A DNA stretch of 64,000 bases from Anthoceros angustus (Eukaryota; Plantae; Anthocerotophyta). The position numbers and the translations under genes are program-made. The notes under the pieces were generated by a model. It was not told where the DNA came from and did no database searches. It saw only the letters and a program-made list of their open reading frames with translations. Of the stretch, positions 10,182-22,214 are shown in pieces. Numbering within the stretch: position 1 is the stretch's first letter; each line of letters starts with the position of its first letter. The stretch is taken from contig MU008192.1 in assembly GCA_010909165.1 (NCBI GenBank), forward strand, positions 552,364 through 616,363, written 5' to 3'.

Positions 10182-12593
10182 ATGTTCAACCTCGTGTTCG
10201 ACAGGGATCGAGTTTCTGCATCCAGGAGTTTTCACAAAGCTCGGCTCATCGAGCTCCACAAACAGGACTTGGAGCGTTCCCGACCAGTCCAAGGCTTCCT
10301 GGGTTTCCACTTTAGCTTTCCCTCCGGGGATGAATCACCAAGGCCATCGCCACCTCTTTCGAGCCTGCGGGAAATCCTCATCAGGTAGCCTACCTCCAGC
10401 TGCGTCCTCGTCTGATTTCATGACATCAAAGAAGGGACTATTTCATGCCTGCAGATCTATGCACGTTTCCAGTTTGTAATGCTTCAACGCCCCTGGATGT
10501 CTGTTTAATTTGGCGGGAGAGAGTGATGACGGGACTGACCAATTTTCCTGTGGTGGATGGATCTCCACTGCTCCAGTGAGCTGCAGCTGGGGAAGCGGCA
10601 TGTAGGCAGGGTTTTGTATGGCACACTGTGCGCAACACCTCGGCGGCTGACTGCCGTCCAGACATTGTTGGAAGACGAAGCTGGCAAGGCTATCAAGCTC
10701 TCCATGTATCATGTGGTGCCCTCTACAACCAGCATGGCTGCCATCGAGGCTCTCTTCCCGGAAGGCATGAGGCTGGCAATCAAGGAACCCTACTTCAAGC
10801 AGTACCGAGATTTCTGCGTCGGTCTTCGAGTGGACAATCCAGCCGACGTCGTTGCCGTCGAGCCGGGCGGCAATTGCGAGCTTGAAGTGGAGGCAGCAAG
10901 CACCCCGGAAGGCATTGAGCTGATGCGGAAGAAGGGGAACGGATTTTTTGCAGCGGAACAGTGGAAGCAGGCCATACATTTGTACACCAAGTGTTTGGAT
11001 GCGTGCGAGTCATCGCCAGATCTGGAGCCTAGGGTTTGCATGCTTGCTCTGTCCAACCGAGCGGAAGCGTGGCTCCGCGTCCGACAGCACGAGAATGCTC
11101 TCTGTGATGCTGTTAAGGCCTTGAGCATGGATCCGAGCCATGACAAGAGCATGCTCCGCAAGGCCAAAGCTCTTTGCGGGCTGCAATGCTTCGGGGAAGC
11201 CATTATTTGCTTGGAGTCGCTGCTCAAGCAATTGAAAGTTGGAAAATCTCGGCCCTCTCCAATCCAGCGGAAGGAGGTCATGGAAGCTCTTAGAGAGGCG
11301 AAGATCTTCGACCAGCAGAGCCGGTTGGGAGTTTATCATCCAAATGTTTTCTTGAAGCGCTCTGATGGAGTCCGTCCCAAGTGCAGCGAATTTGTGGGGC
11401 CTGTAGAGATCAAACAACTGGAAGGTGACAGGAGGAGTGTTGGCCGTGGATTATTTGTCACAAGGGATGTGCGAGAAGGGGAGCTGCTGCTGGTCAGCAA
11501 TGCGCTGGCTGTGGCAAGAAGCGAGGATACAGACGGGGCTCCAAACCTTGGGATGATATTTGGTTCCCATGGAATGCACGACTCAGTAAGGGATGACTTG
11601 ATAACGCAGGTGATGCAGGTCGCAATGGCATCTCCTCGGAAGTTGCTGCAGCTCTACAGTCTCACAGACGGCACTGACCACCCACCGGTGCCTGCAATGA
11701 CACTCTTCAAGCCCCCTGCAGGACTCGGAGCAGCACACTCAAGTTTGGCGCAGGAAGGCCGGTTACCTGAGATCGATGTGGCTCGAATCCATCGTATCGT
11801 GCGAACCAATGCCTTCCTGGGTGAGGGGCCCAAACTCCGATCGGCTAGTGGTGTGTGGGCGCTGCCTTCGTTCCTCAACCACTCATGCATTCCCAATGCC
11901 CACTGGATGCCGGTAGGAGATGCCCTGTTTGTGCGGGCAATTCGTCACATTTCTGCAGGATCAGAAGTCACAACCCTTTATTTTGACATCCGGCAGCCGG
12001 TGCAGGAGAGGGACAGGATCCTGAGCAGGAGGGGCTTTCGTTGCTGCTGCCCCAGGTGCGCTTTCGAGCGGGGGCTGGTTGCACAATTCCCTGTCCTCGA
12101 CAGGCTTGTGGCACTCAAGACCAGCGTTGACCATGAGTGGAACGTGAACAATCCCCACCCCCAAGATGCCAGGATTGTCTCAGAATTAGACAAAATTCTG
12201 CAGGCATTAGAGCCACAGCACGCGAAGAGGAAAGACTGGGTTAGAGCTTCGTACCTGCACTGCTACTGGACCACCCGGGCCATGAATGGACCTGGATCGC
12301 TGAGCTTCTTGTTCAACCTCACCTTCAGTATTGCTCCGACAGTGTCACTATTGGCGGCTGTTACGCAGGCGGTGTACTACAAGGAATCCCCTGACCCCCA
12401 CTGCATCAAGAGGTGGAATGATCTTGCTGTGAGAATCTGTAAATGCAACTTCGGACCACAAGAACCGGCCATCTACAAGGCGTTGATGGAACAAGCTCTC
12501 ACGGAGGCTGGAGGAGAACTGCTGAGCTCTCAGTCTGCGATTGCTCTTAGTCTGCTTAGCATCCTGAGCTTGGGGCACATCCACGACCTCTGA
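10182..12593 (+). CDS. TPR + SET domain protein (SMYD-like lysine methyltransferase) with N-terminal extension, ~739 aa
   Basis: Model join(10182..10384,10577..12593). The GT-AG intron 10385-10576 joins SSLREILI-S-ELQLGKRHVGRVLYG in frame. TPR: RKKGNGFFAAEQWKQAIHLYTKCL...LSNRAEAWL...KALSMDPSHDKSMLRKAKAL. SET: GRGLFVTRDVREGELLL, SFLNHSCIPNA, EVTTLYFD. Post-SET: FRCCCPRC. The true start codon is uncertain. Confidence 0.85.
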
Positions 12594-12839
12594 GTATCAC
12601 CCGCCAGCAGTCGAGGGCAGAGTCCTTCCTAGCTGTTATGTTCCGGGTTTTCTGTCAGCAGTGCACATGGCAGCTCAAACAAGTTCACAATAGCCAGGCA
12701 AATGATATGCATATTTCGGGGTATATAGTTCGATATTTGATCATGCTACAATACACACTGTTTTTCAACTGTACCCATCGTACTACTAGCACACTCGAAC
12801 CAACTCTGCTTTGAAAATGGAGCTCCTCGGGCTCCTCGG

Positions 12840-13050
12840 AGATTCCACAGCCCCAAGTCCCCACAACCATCCGCATGTACATGTACATTATGCATCTACT
12901 TATTTAATACCAATCCTAAAAAATAAGAAATAGCGATCTTAGAGCCCCCTAGGCCTAGGAGATTTCACGGCCCAAAGTCCCCAAAACCATATGCATGTAG
13001 ATGGACATAATGCATCTACCTATTTTATACCAATCTAAAAAATAGTAATT
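12840..13050. repeat. Diverged ~120-bp direct duplication
   Basis: GAGATT(C/T)CAC(A/G)GCCC...GTCCCC...ATGCATCTAC...ATACCAATC at ~12840 and ~12960. Confidence 0.8.
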
Positions 13051-13687
13051 CTTCAAAAATAATAAGTTTGAGGTTGAGATGGTGTTGGCAGTAACTAAAA
13101 GGGCTAAATTGAACTAAACCTAAATGAGAAAAGAAGAGTAAACCTAAATGCACCAGCTAGACAAGTATGACGGAGTGAGGGGTAGTCCAAATTTGGCGTA
13201 GACTATGTTCACAATATTTGAACTAGTTTCTTATAACGTAAGTTATTATAAACATCTACCTCATATTTTTCAAGATAATTTTATATTTAGACTTAGAAGA
13301 TAACCTAGATTATGTACATAGCCGATGCAGTATATACTTTTTATATTTAAATAGAATATTTGAGTATTAATATTAATATATATAATGAATACAGAATATA
13401 ATATCCGTTATACCTAGTTTGTTTCTAGTACATTATTCCTAGTGATTCACAGCCGCTCCAACAATTAGTATTTAGGGGTTTTGGTAAATAGATATATTTC
13501 GTTTAATGTAGGGAACCTCGAAAACAACGCACATAACCGTCAGCGGACCACAGCCTCACGACAAGCAAGATAGTAGAGGCTACATATTTGAGGTAGCCCA
13601 AAGGCTTTCACATAAAGAGCCTTTTGAAGACCTGGGTGGTTGTCATCCCGGTTTGACAAGAGGCAAGCTGCCACGGACCAAAATTAA

Positions 13688-14015
13688 TGATGGGTGATAC
13701 GCCATCCCGCTGTAACCAACTGAAAAGTCACTTAACTAGGTAGAGAGTTCTAATAAACTCAGGACTAATTGATGACACCCGATCCCGGTAGCAATCGACT
13801 AAAAAGTCGCTTAACTAGGTAGAGAGTTCTAATAAACTCGTGACTGATGGATGACACCCCATACAAGTAGTGACCAATTGAAAAGTCACTTAACTAGGTA
13901 GAGAGTTCTAATAAACCCATGACTAATAGATGACACCCCATCCCAGTAGTGACCGAGTGAAAAGTCATTGAACTAGAGGGTTTTAATAAAATCATGACTC
14001 ATGGGTAACACCCCA
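13688..14015. repeat. 79-bp minisatellite, ~4 copies
   Basis: AAAAGTCACTTAACTAGGTAGAGAGTTCTAATAAAC... starts at 13723, 13802, 13881 and 13960, with a partial copy upstream. Confidence 0.9.
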
Positions 14016-14073
14016 CGGAAGACTTGAGTCTACAACTCTCCCATATGGTTCTTAGAACCGTGGCACCCAAAGA

Positions 14074-14190
14074 GCATTAGAACCGTAGCACCCAAAGAGG
14101 AAGTACTGGATCCGAGCTTCGTACCTCCACTCTATTGGACCTGCCAGGTTATGAATGGAGCTGGATCGAGGAGCTTCTTGTTCAACCACT
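14074..14190 (+). pseudogene. Diverged fragment paralogous to the C-terminal part of the TPR-SET gene
   Basis: ALEP*HPKRKYWIRASYLH...MNGAGSRSFLFN versus ALEPQHAKRKDWVRASYLH...MNGPGSLSFLFN at ~12204-12320. Carries a premature TAG and a frameshift. Confidence 0.8.
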
Positions 14191-14512
14191 GCTTGTATTG
14201 CCTCCGGCAACATCATTATATTGGTGGTGACCAATTTGTTTGGTGCAGTGGATGTAACTGCGCACTCCTTTGGCTTGCACGACTTGTTTGGCTTGTTTGG
14301 CATTGTCCTTAAGAAGCTGGAATGCATCTCATACAGGCAAGGGTTGCTGATTTGGGAGCTTATTTTGAGATTGAAGTTGATGTAGTGGAGCAGATGTTGA
14401 CGGCCAGCTCCTAACGTCTGGTGGGGATGGGGGATTGGAGTTCAAATTCTGGTCTGCACAAGTGTTGAATTAAACAGCACCACCCACTTTCGCCCCGACC
14501 ACATTGCCTTTA

Positions 14513-15136
14513 TGGCTCATAGTGCTGGTCACGTCGATCGTGCTGGTCCACGGGGTTGTGAGCCACCCCCCGCAGACGCTGCTATGGTGGGAGATGTTCT
14601 TCAGGACAGGATCGGTCATACAATCCTGTCAAGCCAATTGCTCAGGTGGTTTTGCCCGTCATGTACGCCAGCGTCGTGCAGTAAACCTGCGATGCCACGG
14701 GAAAATGCTCGGACACACCGGACACCTGGATCACCAGCAAGCAGTTCTACGCGGGTCTGGGAATTGTGTAGGTAAGGGATGAATTCGGATTGCTGTTTCC
14801 CTCGCGCATTGAATGGAAGACTGAACCCAGCTCTCTGGCAATGCAAGATCTTCCAGGCCCTCTCTTCAACTTCTCCACCTACCTGGGCACGATCATGGCC
14901 CTGAACGCGGGCTACCGCTTCATCTTGGGCGCTGCCATGGCCTGGTTCGGCATGTTCTCCCCCGGCATCCTGCTCCTCTTCGGCGTGCTGCCATTTGGGG
15001 CCGATTCCGGCGGTGGGATCACTACAGGAGGGCGCTGCCTGGCTTCAACGCGGCCAGCGTCTTCACCCTCACTTTATGAATCCTGGAGCAGTCGTCATTG
15101 CCCAAGGGAAGCTTGTACCTCGGCATCCTTGGCTTC
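14513..15136 (+). pseudogene. Partial, intron-retaining duplicate of the CHR gene (exon 5 to exon 7)
   Basis: Near-identical to 8369-9084 and retains intron 6. Has a deletion across the exon 5/intron 5 boundary, new stops (CAGTAA; CAG>TAG) and deletions in exon 7. Confidence 0.95.
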
Positions 15137-15227
15137 AACGTTTTCGACAGCTTGACCACAAAGGATGTGGTAACATGAACGACCCTGATCGCTGGGTATG
15201 CAAATCATGGGCTTAGGGTTTAGGGTT

Positions 15228-15400
15228 GATGAGATTGCGCTGAAGGCAGAGAGCTGACTGCACGTCTGAGGCAAGAACGGGGTCATTTACCGCAAACCAA
15301 ATTGGTGCTGAAGCAATCGTCTGAGGAGGAAAAGGAAAATGTGCTTTGCGAATCATGCTGAGAAGCTCGCTCTGGCGTGCAGTGACAGCCACACTTCCAC
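15228..15400 (+). pseudogene. Fragment of a PPR DYW (RNA-editing deaminase) domain, HAE-type
   Basis: With two frameshifts reads DEIALKAE-LTARLRQERGHLPQTKLVLKQSSEEEKENVLC-HAEKLALA. This is followed directly by CSDSHTST (degenerate CxxCH), so the segment between the two is deleted. Confidence 0.7.
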
Positions 15401-15998
15401 CGTGAGAATGATGATGAGCTAGCGGGTGCTCAGCAGATGATGATTTGCATGGAGTCGAGCGACGCATCAGGAGTCGGTGCCAATAGAAGGTGGGCGCTAT
15501 AAGTCGGGGTACTGTGCTTGCTCAGTCCACTCTCCGGACGTTGTGCTCCGGCTACAGGGCCTCATTCGGAAAATGTAGGAAGTGAAGGAATTTCTGTGTG
15601 TGGTTTTTTTTAATTAGATATTTTGATAATAAATCAAAACAAACCCGGGGAGAAATCTTCAGCAAGGGTTTCGATTCCCTGGTGTTACACATCGTATCAT
15701 CACGACAGGAAGAGACTATTACTCTTCACAAGGACATATGAATACGAGCCTAGATACCATCGCAGGTTATGTGGGACCTGGAAAAACTCCTTCATCCACT
15801 AAAACTCCCCAACATTATTACCTTTGTCGGAAAGTAAGGGCTGCCATACATTGCTGCTTCGGCTCCAACCTGTTACAATTCATGACTGGTTTTTCGTATT
15901 GGTATTGGTTTGGGCATTCAAGAGCAAACTCGAAAGAAACAGACAAAGCACGGCGATGCTGAAACTTGTTTGCCATGAGGATGAAGCTGCAAAGCAAG

Positions 15999-16078
15999 GC
16001 TGGAAGTCGCTTGCTACCACGATCCCTGGAGGATGGAGCTGGAAGTCGCTTGCTACCACGATCCCTGGAGGATGGAGC
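15999..16078. repeat. 39-bp tandem duplication
   Basis: GCTGGAAGTCGCTTGCTACCACGATCCCTGGAGGATGGA at 15999 and 16038. Confidence 0.95.
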
Positions 16079-16629
16079 CATAGAGAAAGACAAACGCCAA
16101 GACGTTGTGAACATTGCCAAGCCCTTTAGCACGTCATGCCTACTGGAGAGAGGAGGTGACAACGTGGTGATCTTCCTCGGCTCATAGGTTTCCTCAACCT
16201 ACAAGTGTTAGCACTTGCAGCTTCTTGGACCGGTGCGGGATTGCCTATTTTCTGTGGCCCTACTCACGCGCGTGAGGCCTCGCCCGCCAGCGAGCACCGG
16301 ACGGACTAGCGCACAGCGCCGGGCCCGCTAAAAATGGAGATTCGTTATATGTAGGAATGGTATTTAGGGTTTAGGAAGGACCTGTTATTCCATCCCGGTG
16401 CTCAAGTAGCCCGGTTTGCTTCTTTCCTCCACTCTTGAACCCCGTCTCGCTTTTCATGCAGACCTCGCTAGGAGTGTCCAGCGCTGGGACTTCCCTTCTT
16501 CTCACGCTGCGACTTCCCTTCTTCTCGTCTGCACTTGAGAGTCTTGTGTCTGAGTTCTTCTTTTTTTTGTATATGATTATATTGATTATCTTATTTTCAG
16601 TTATCGATCTTGTGTTCTAATTTTTAGTT

Positions 16630-17855
16630 ATGGATCCTATGTTGTACTTCATGCTTCAAGTTATGTTCCAAAGGTCATATTCACATTCTTTATACTTGGA
16701 GGATGTACACTATATGGGAATCGATGACAGTATGATGCATGTATTGTTCATACTGCTTTTGGCAGCTTCAGGTGGTGCTCTTGTGGAGACTTTGCACACG
16801 CAAAAAAGTCGTATTTGGTGGAAAGCTCCATCTTCTACAGGGTTATGGGAAGAGCTATACATGCAAGCTTGGCACTTGGAAGGTCCTGAGAGACGAGATG
16901 AGCATTGGCGTAGAGAATACCGAATGTCATATCCAACTTTCATGGTTCTGCTCAACAATCGCATCCTTTCCTGTACGAACCTCACCAAGAACGCCTATAC
17001 CATGTGATAAAGCTATTGCTCGGTGTTGCATAGGCTCAAGGGGTCTACCTTCCTCACCGCTTTCAAATATGGTGTTGGTGATGCCACAGCTTGTTGAGTA
17101 TACTAAGCTCATTGTTTCCATCTTAAGTGACCACCAAGCTATATTCTTCATTTATCACCATTCCATCAGTTCGTGTGAGTTGACATATCAACACATTTGG
17201 GACCCTATTGCCTAATATTTTTGGTGCTATAGATGGATCCCTTATCAAGTTTGCCACCAAACCCGGTGAGTACCTCCAGACTTATCACGCAAACGATACA
17301 ATATGCATTGCATGGTTGTGTGCAAATGTGACAACAAGATGTTCATTGATATATGTGCTAATAGTCCGGAGGTTCAAATGGCTTGGTATTCTCGGAATAG
17401 TAGCTTATGGCAGCCTTATCACTAGATGGATATTTGCGGCCAATCATTGAAGTGGAGGGAGTTCTAGTACCTCCTTACATCATTGGTGACTCACGTATCC
17501 TCGAGACCTTTTCTTATGAAAGGCTTCAAAATGCCTATGAATGCGAGCAAGAGCATTCAACTCTTCCTTTCTTCCGAGTTGTCATTGAGAATGCTTTCTC
17601 CTTATTAAAGAACAGTGGAGAATATTGAAGAACCTCAACGTCCACGTGAAATATCTGAACTGCTTGTTGTGTTTTGCACAACTTTGCATTAATGGTGTGA
17701 GTTAGAACCTTCGAACTGTGGGTGGGCAGTATCCTCTACCACATGATGTTCCTGTTATCTTGACAAGTGCGGAGGAAGAGGCTATGAAGAGTATTGCACT
17801 GGTTCAACACAATGTCTTGGTCAAGCATTGGCATAGACAAAGACAAGAACAATAG
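16630..17855 (+). mobile_element. Decayed PIF/Harbinger (HARBI1-like) DDE transposase
   Basis: Frameshifted pieces with Harbinger hallmarks: WRREYRMSYPTFMVL, PNIFGAIDGSLI, YIIGDS, RVVIENAFSLLK. No TIRs identified. Confidence 0.8.
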
Positions 17856-17949
17856 TGTTGCATTTATGTGCTTGAGTGATGTACTTTGTTGCACAAATAA
17901 GTGAATAAGTCAGCAAAGTTTGTTGTTTTTGAAAGAAGTCTCTTATTAA

Positions 17950-18250
17950 AATCCAAAAGTGAGAATACAAGCTTGTAGAGGTAAACAAGTTGATTCTAAT
18001 GGTATATAGCTCGTTTCGAGATTAATCGTACGTTGGGACTGAATAGCACTTGAAGGTCTACTCAAAACTTAAGAAACTATCTGGAAGTCTGCAATTTTGG
18101 AGCTGTTTCAAAGGTCATCTTTCATTCAAATGAAAAAGTGAAAACATAAGCTTGTAGAGATCAATGAGCGGATTCTAATGGTATGTAGCTCTTTTCGAGG
18201 TGAGTCGTATTTTGGGACTGAATGGCACTTGGAGTTATGGTAAAACCTTA
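17950..18250. repeat. Diverged ~180-bp direct duplication
   Basis: AAAAGTGA...AAGCTTGTAGAG...GATTCTAATGGTAT...TTTCGAG...TGGGACTGAAT.GCACTTG occurs at ~17950 and ~18128. Confidence 0.75.
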
Positions 18251-18583
18251 CAATATTATAGCTAGCACAAACCATAAGCTATGACAAGTCTGGAACCCTT
18301 GATGTATCACTCCTCCTCCCTTGGGCGCTTGGATGCTTGTACCAAGAGCTTGGCCAGCTCTATTGCGTGAATTGTTGGAGTTCAACAACCTTCATGCTCT
18401 ACTCTAGCCTTGTTTTCTCCATGTTTTGAAGGCTCTCCAACCTTGCTCTCTTCATGAATACTTTGGAGGTTCTCTTGCTTCACAGCTTCAACTCTTGCCC
18501 ACACCTGCAGCAGGCGTGATTGATTCAAATATCTTGTTGTGGACTCACGGACTTCCCAGGGGGTTAGAAATTAGGTAGGATTT

Positions 18584-18584
18584 N
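18584..18584. other. Single N, probable assembly join
   Basis: Sequence right of the N starts in mid-LTR (equivalent to 28960). Sequence left of it does not match the LTR. Confidence 0.85.
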
Positions 18585-21500
18585 CGGAGGCGAAGAATGC
18601 ATGACAAAGCAAGGTCGGTGTTTATTCATTCTTCCACCCTCCCTTTTATAGGTGGAGGAGCCACTCGTGCTAGTTTAATGCTAGGCGACTTGCCAAGTCC
18701 AACAATAGGACTCTTGTCGGCCCCTTACATCCTCTCTCGATCCGGCTCACCTTGACGAATATCCTATCTGTCTGTCTATACGCCACTCTTAAATACTCAC
18801 ACTTCCCAAGGTGTGCACCACTTGGGACAAAACGTCCTCTTGAAAAGGTCCTCGACATCCTCGTTCGGCTTTTGTTGTCGCGGCTTCAATGTCTTCCCCT
18901 TGATGGGTCGCTTAGCCTTGCCCACCTCCGAGTCTTCTCGGGACTATGCACAGTAGCCGCCCTCACTCGGTGGTAGGTCTTCCCATGGTAGGAGGTTCCA
19001 TTCCTCCTACTCGTTCATCCTCGATGGTTCCTCCCCTCTTCGTCTTCTTGGTAGGCGGTTCGTCTCCTACCTCTGTTTGGATCTTGCTATGGGGTTCCTT
19101 CCCTCACGGCTGGTTTCGGAGGTACCCTTCCTTAGGTCACCTCCTCCTCTTGAGTTCCTACAGTAGGAACTTTGGTAATACCATCCTACCATCTCTTCCT
19201 CCCGGCAGTAGCTCCACCGTCTCGGAGGTTCTCTGGCGTCGCCGTAGGTGCTTCTTGATCGCTCGCTCGGCTATGTCCACTGGCTTTCCTTGTACCAACT
19301 CAAAGTTTGACCTCCGGGCGCCATTCCACTTTCGAGCGGTGAGTCATTCTTCGTCTTCCTCCTGGCGTTCCTCAATCGCTTCCAGGAGGTTGTTGTAAGG
19401 TCGCCACCCTACCACTCTCCTTCTTTTGTCGTCCATGATGCGGACCCTTAGTGGGATGGCCTTTTCGTCCCACCGGCTGATTTGTCACTCCTACCAATGC
19501 GGCCTCTTTCTCCCACCGCTCTCTCCAACTCCGGGCAAGCCTCCCAATCTCCTTATCTTTCTCCATGGCTTCCATCGCCATGCGTTTCACTATAGCGTGA
19601 TCGCTCGCCTCTCCTCGAATGACACAGACCCTCCAAAGATCGTTGGGCCATCAAAACTTCCTTCCGGCAGTTCCTTGCCTCCGTTTCATAGGCGTGGGTA
19701 AGGTCGTCGGCCTTCTTCGTTCTTTGCTCCAAAAGTTCTCTCGTGTCTGAGCTCCTCTTTGTGACCCTTAGTCACATTGTCCCATCCTTGTCGTTCCTTC
19801 ACCAAGGCCGTATTTTCCCTTGTAATGCTCCTTCCGTTGCTCCATGGCAACTAACTTCTTCGTAGGAGGTCCTTCTCGTCTTCAAGGTCCCGCCTTGCTA
19901 GTAGATCTTGCCTCCTCCTTCTTTGCGTTCGATGTGTCCTACCCTTGCTAGGGGGCTTCCAACTTTCATACGCCTCCTTCTGGCAACTCCTCGGCCCTCT
20001 TGGCTGATTTTGCCTCTGTCCTAAGACACAGTCAATCATTTCCCACATTCACCAACTTGGTGGTCATCTGTCGCTCTTTGGCGGATCTAGCAGTGTTGCT
20101 TCTCGGAGGTGGTTTTGAGCTCCTCTCAATTTCTTTCGGCATCCTCCGGCTCCTTTCGTAGGTCTCGAGTTCGGCCGAACTTGGTCACCTCACCGACATC
20201 CACTAGGGCGTCCATAGATCCTGCGCCCACTTCCTTTCACTACCCTACCCTGGGATGCCGGGTGTTCTCGAACACTTCCTCACTCCTCCCGTTGGTGCGT
20301 AGGTCACCAGCGTTCCTCGGCGTTCTTCTCGTCACACCTCAAGTCTTGTTACTACTTCTTGGTGGGAGCTCCTGTGGGTCCTCCGTCCTCCACAGGTCCT
20401 ACGTAGAGGTTCACTCCCTACCCTTTGGTGTTGTCGGCCTTCCAATCCTCAACCCTCGGTAGGTGGTCTCGTATCCTTTCCTCCTTCCTCGTAGGAGTGT
20501 ATGGCCTTCTTCCCTTTCTCTTGTTGGGTTCACGATCCACGAGGCCTCATGTTGGTTCATGGTGGCGGTCTCTTGCCGGGGCCTGCATCTGTCTCTTCAT
20601 CCTCAGGGGCCTGATGGCTCTCCTTACCCTCACGGAGTAGCTTCTATCTTGGCTTCTTCCATTTCGTCGGTGGAACCTCCTCCCTCGATATAGGTGTCGA
20701 GGAAGGTAGAGACAAAGCGATTCTTGCTCCTCCATCACCAAATGGTTTCGATTAACACTTTGTTCATACGAATGGTGGCCCAATCCACCAACTTCCCAGG
20801 ACATCTCATACATCATCATTAAATGGGAATTTCCAGTCGTCTTCCTCGCGCCGCATTGGTCCAGCCATATCTTGGCGAATAAATTCCACTTCCGCTCCTT
20901 GAACAAAGAGATCCTCCAGCCATTGCCTTGCGACCATACTTCCTCCTTTGGTCGTAGGAACATGCTCATAACCTCCTCGGGATCGATTCTTGGAGGCTGA
21001 CTGCCGGAATGATCCCTCCCTTGTGGGCTTCCGGTATCAAATCGTATCCGGAAATGCGTACCTTCCACATCCCGGATGACTTGATGTCGCATCCTCGGAG
21101 CGTCGCCTTGGTCACTCTCATTAAATCGCGCACACTCCACAGACCAAGGCGGGGCAAAGTGCCACCAGGTACCAAGTACAGCCATTCCATCTTCATCTCG
21201 GGCGCGTGGCGCTCGAGCGCCTCAAATCTCGGGGTGAAATTTGGGCGGCCTACACTCGAACTCGGGGTGGGTGTTTCTTACCTTTTCCCTTTGTGGGCGG
21301 TGTGGCGGAGGTTTCCTCCCAGTACCCCGTTCCCGTCCTCACTATCTTTACCATACACGGGGGAGCACACACAAGGATAGCAAAATTGGAGAGATTGGAG
21401 TAATCTATCGGGCTAAGAGAGTGGAGAGCAAAGAGGTGGTGGTTTGGGTGAGACAATGAGGGGAGTTCTTCCGCGCTCCTCGATCGCCTCAACGCAACCA

Positions 21501-22192
21501 CTAAGAGGTGGCCTTGGCCCCTTCAATCTCCCTCCAGAACTTCTCCTTGCTCGCCTTTTTGTCGGTAGCCATGCTCACCCCTCGCGCCTCTCCTCTCGCT
21601 CGAGCACCTCCACTCGCTTCGGATCCCCTCCGAACTCCTTTCCGCCATGCTCCGTGCTCGCTCAGATGGCTCCGCTCTCGGCGCCGTTCGCTCCCCTTAC
21701 GGCAATGTGACGCCGCTCACCGCCTTCCTTCTTGAGCGCAACTCCACTTACTCCCTCGGGCCGACTGCGGGTTCGCTGAAAGGCCCGTTCAAAACCACAG
21801 CTAACGAGTTTGCGGTACATGCAAATCGCCTTAATGGCGCTCCTCCGATGGCGCCCGTGTCGGTTCAAAACTCACCGCCATTTTCCATCTACAACTTAGC
21901 CCTTTTGGCATATATAGCCATGCGAACCTAAATAATTCAGGCCAAGGAACTTCCTATCCCCAAATATTCCTACTCCCCATGGTCCAAGGAACTTTCGGAA
22001 CCTATCATGCCTATATATGCTTCTATCTACCCATACTTTCTGATCGAACCTCCTACTGCCCGATTCGATTAAGTCCGAACTCCCTCGGACGTCCTACCAT
22101 CTTCCTACACTTTCTGTCGACCTACCTACACCTGAACCCTATTCATCCTTCGTCGGTCTGCGTCTTGGGTGACCAAAATTCTTCGTTCCACA
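18585..22192 (-). repeat. E1 3' LTR (truncated by N)
   Basis: Begins TGTGGAAC (minus) immediately after the PPT and matches the 5' LTR along its whole length. Confidence 0.85.
19250..21821 (-). pseudogene. U3-internal ORF of E1 (3' LTR copy): low-complexity N-terminus, conserved central domain, coiled coil
   Basis: Frameshifted pieces MYRKLVSCGFERAFQRTRSRP..., PPRIDPEEVMSMFLRPKEEVWSQGNGWRISLFKERKWNLFAKIW..., KLVDWATI, and a Glu/Lys/Arg-rich coiled coil. Ends are approximate. Confidence 0.6.
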
Positions 22193-22205
22193 TGCTCCTC
22201 TCCCC
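22193..22205 (-). promoter_or_regulatory. E1 polypurine tract
   Basis: Minus strand GGGGAGAGGAGCA directly precedes TGTGGAAC, the LTR start. Confidence 0.85.
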
Positions 22206-22214
22206 ATTTGTTTG

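Noticed and set aside
9742-10479. 245-aa ORF upstream of the SET ORF
   Set aside because: No recognisable motifs and low-complexity composition. It overlaps the true SET exon 1 in another frame and the following intron.
10557-10576. ATG at 10557 as the start of the SET protein
   Set aside because: It lies within a well-supported GT-AG intron (10385-10576); the spliced reading gives a better protein.
16255-16315. Palindrome CTCACGCGCGTGAG and a nearby CTAG as a Helitron 3' end
   Set aside because: Spacing is too long, CTAG is followed by C rather than T, and no matching 5' TC end was identified.
15213-16376. TTTAGGG motifs as an interstitial telomere
   Set aside because: Only about two units at 15213 and 16364; treated as a telo-box or filler, not an array.
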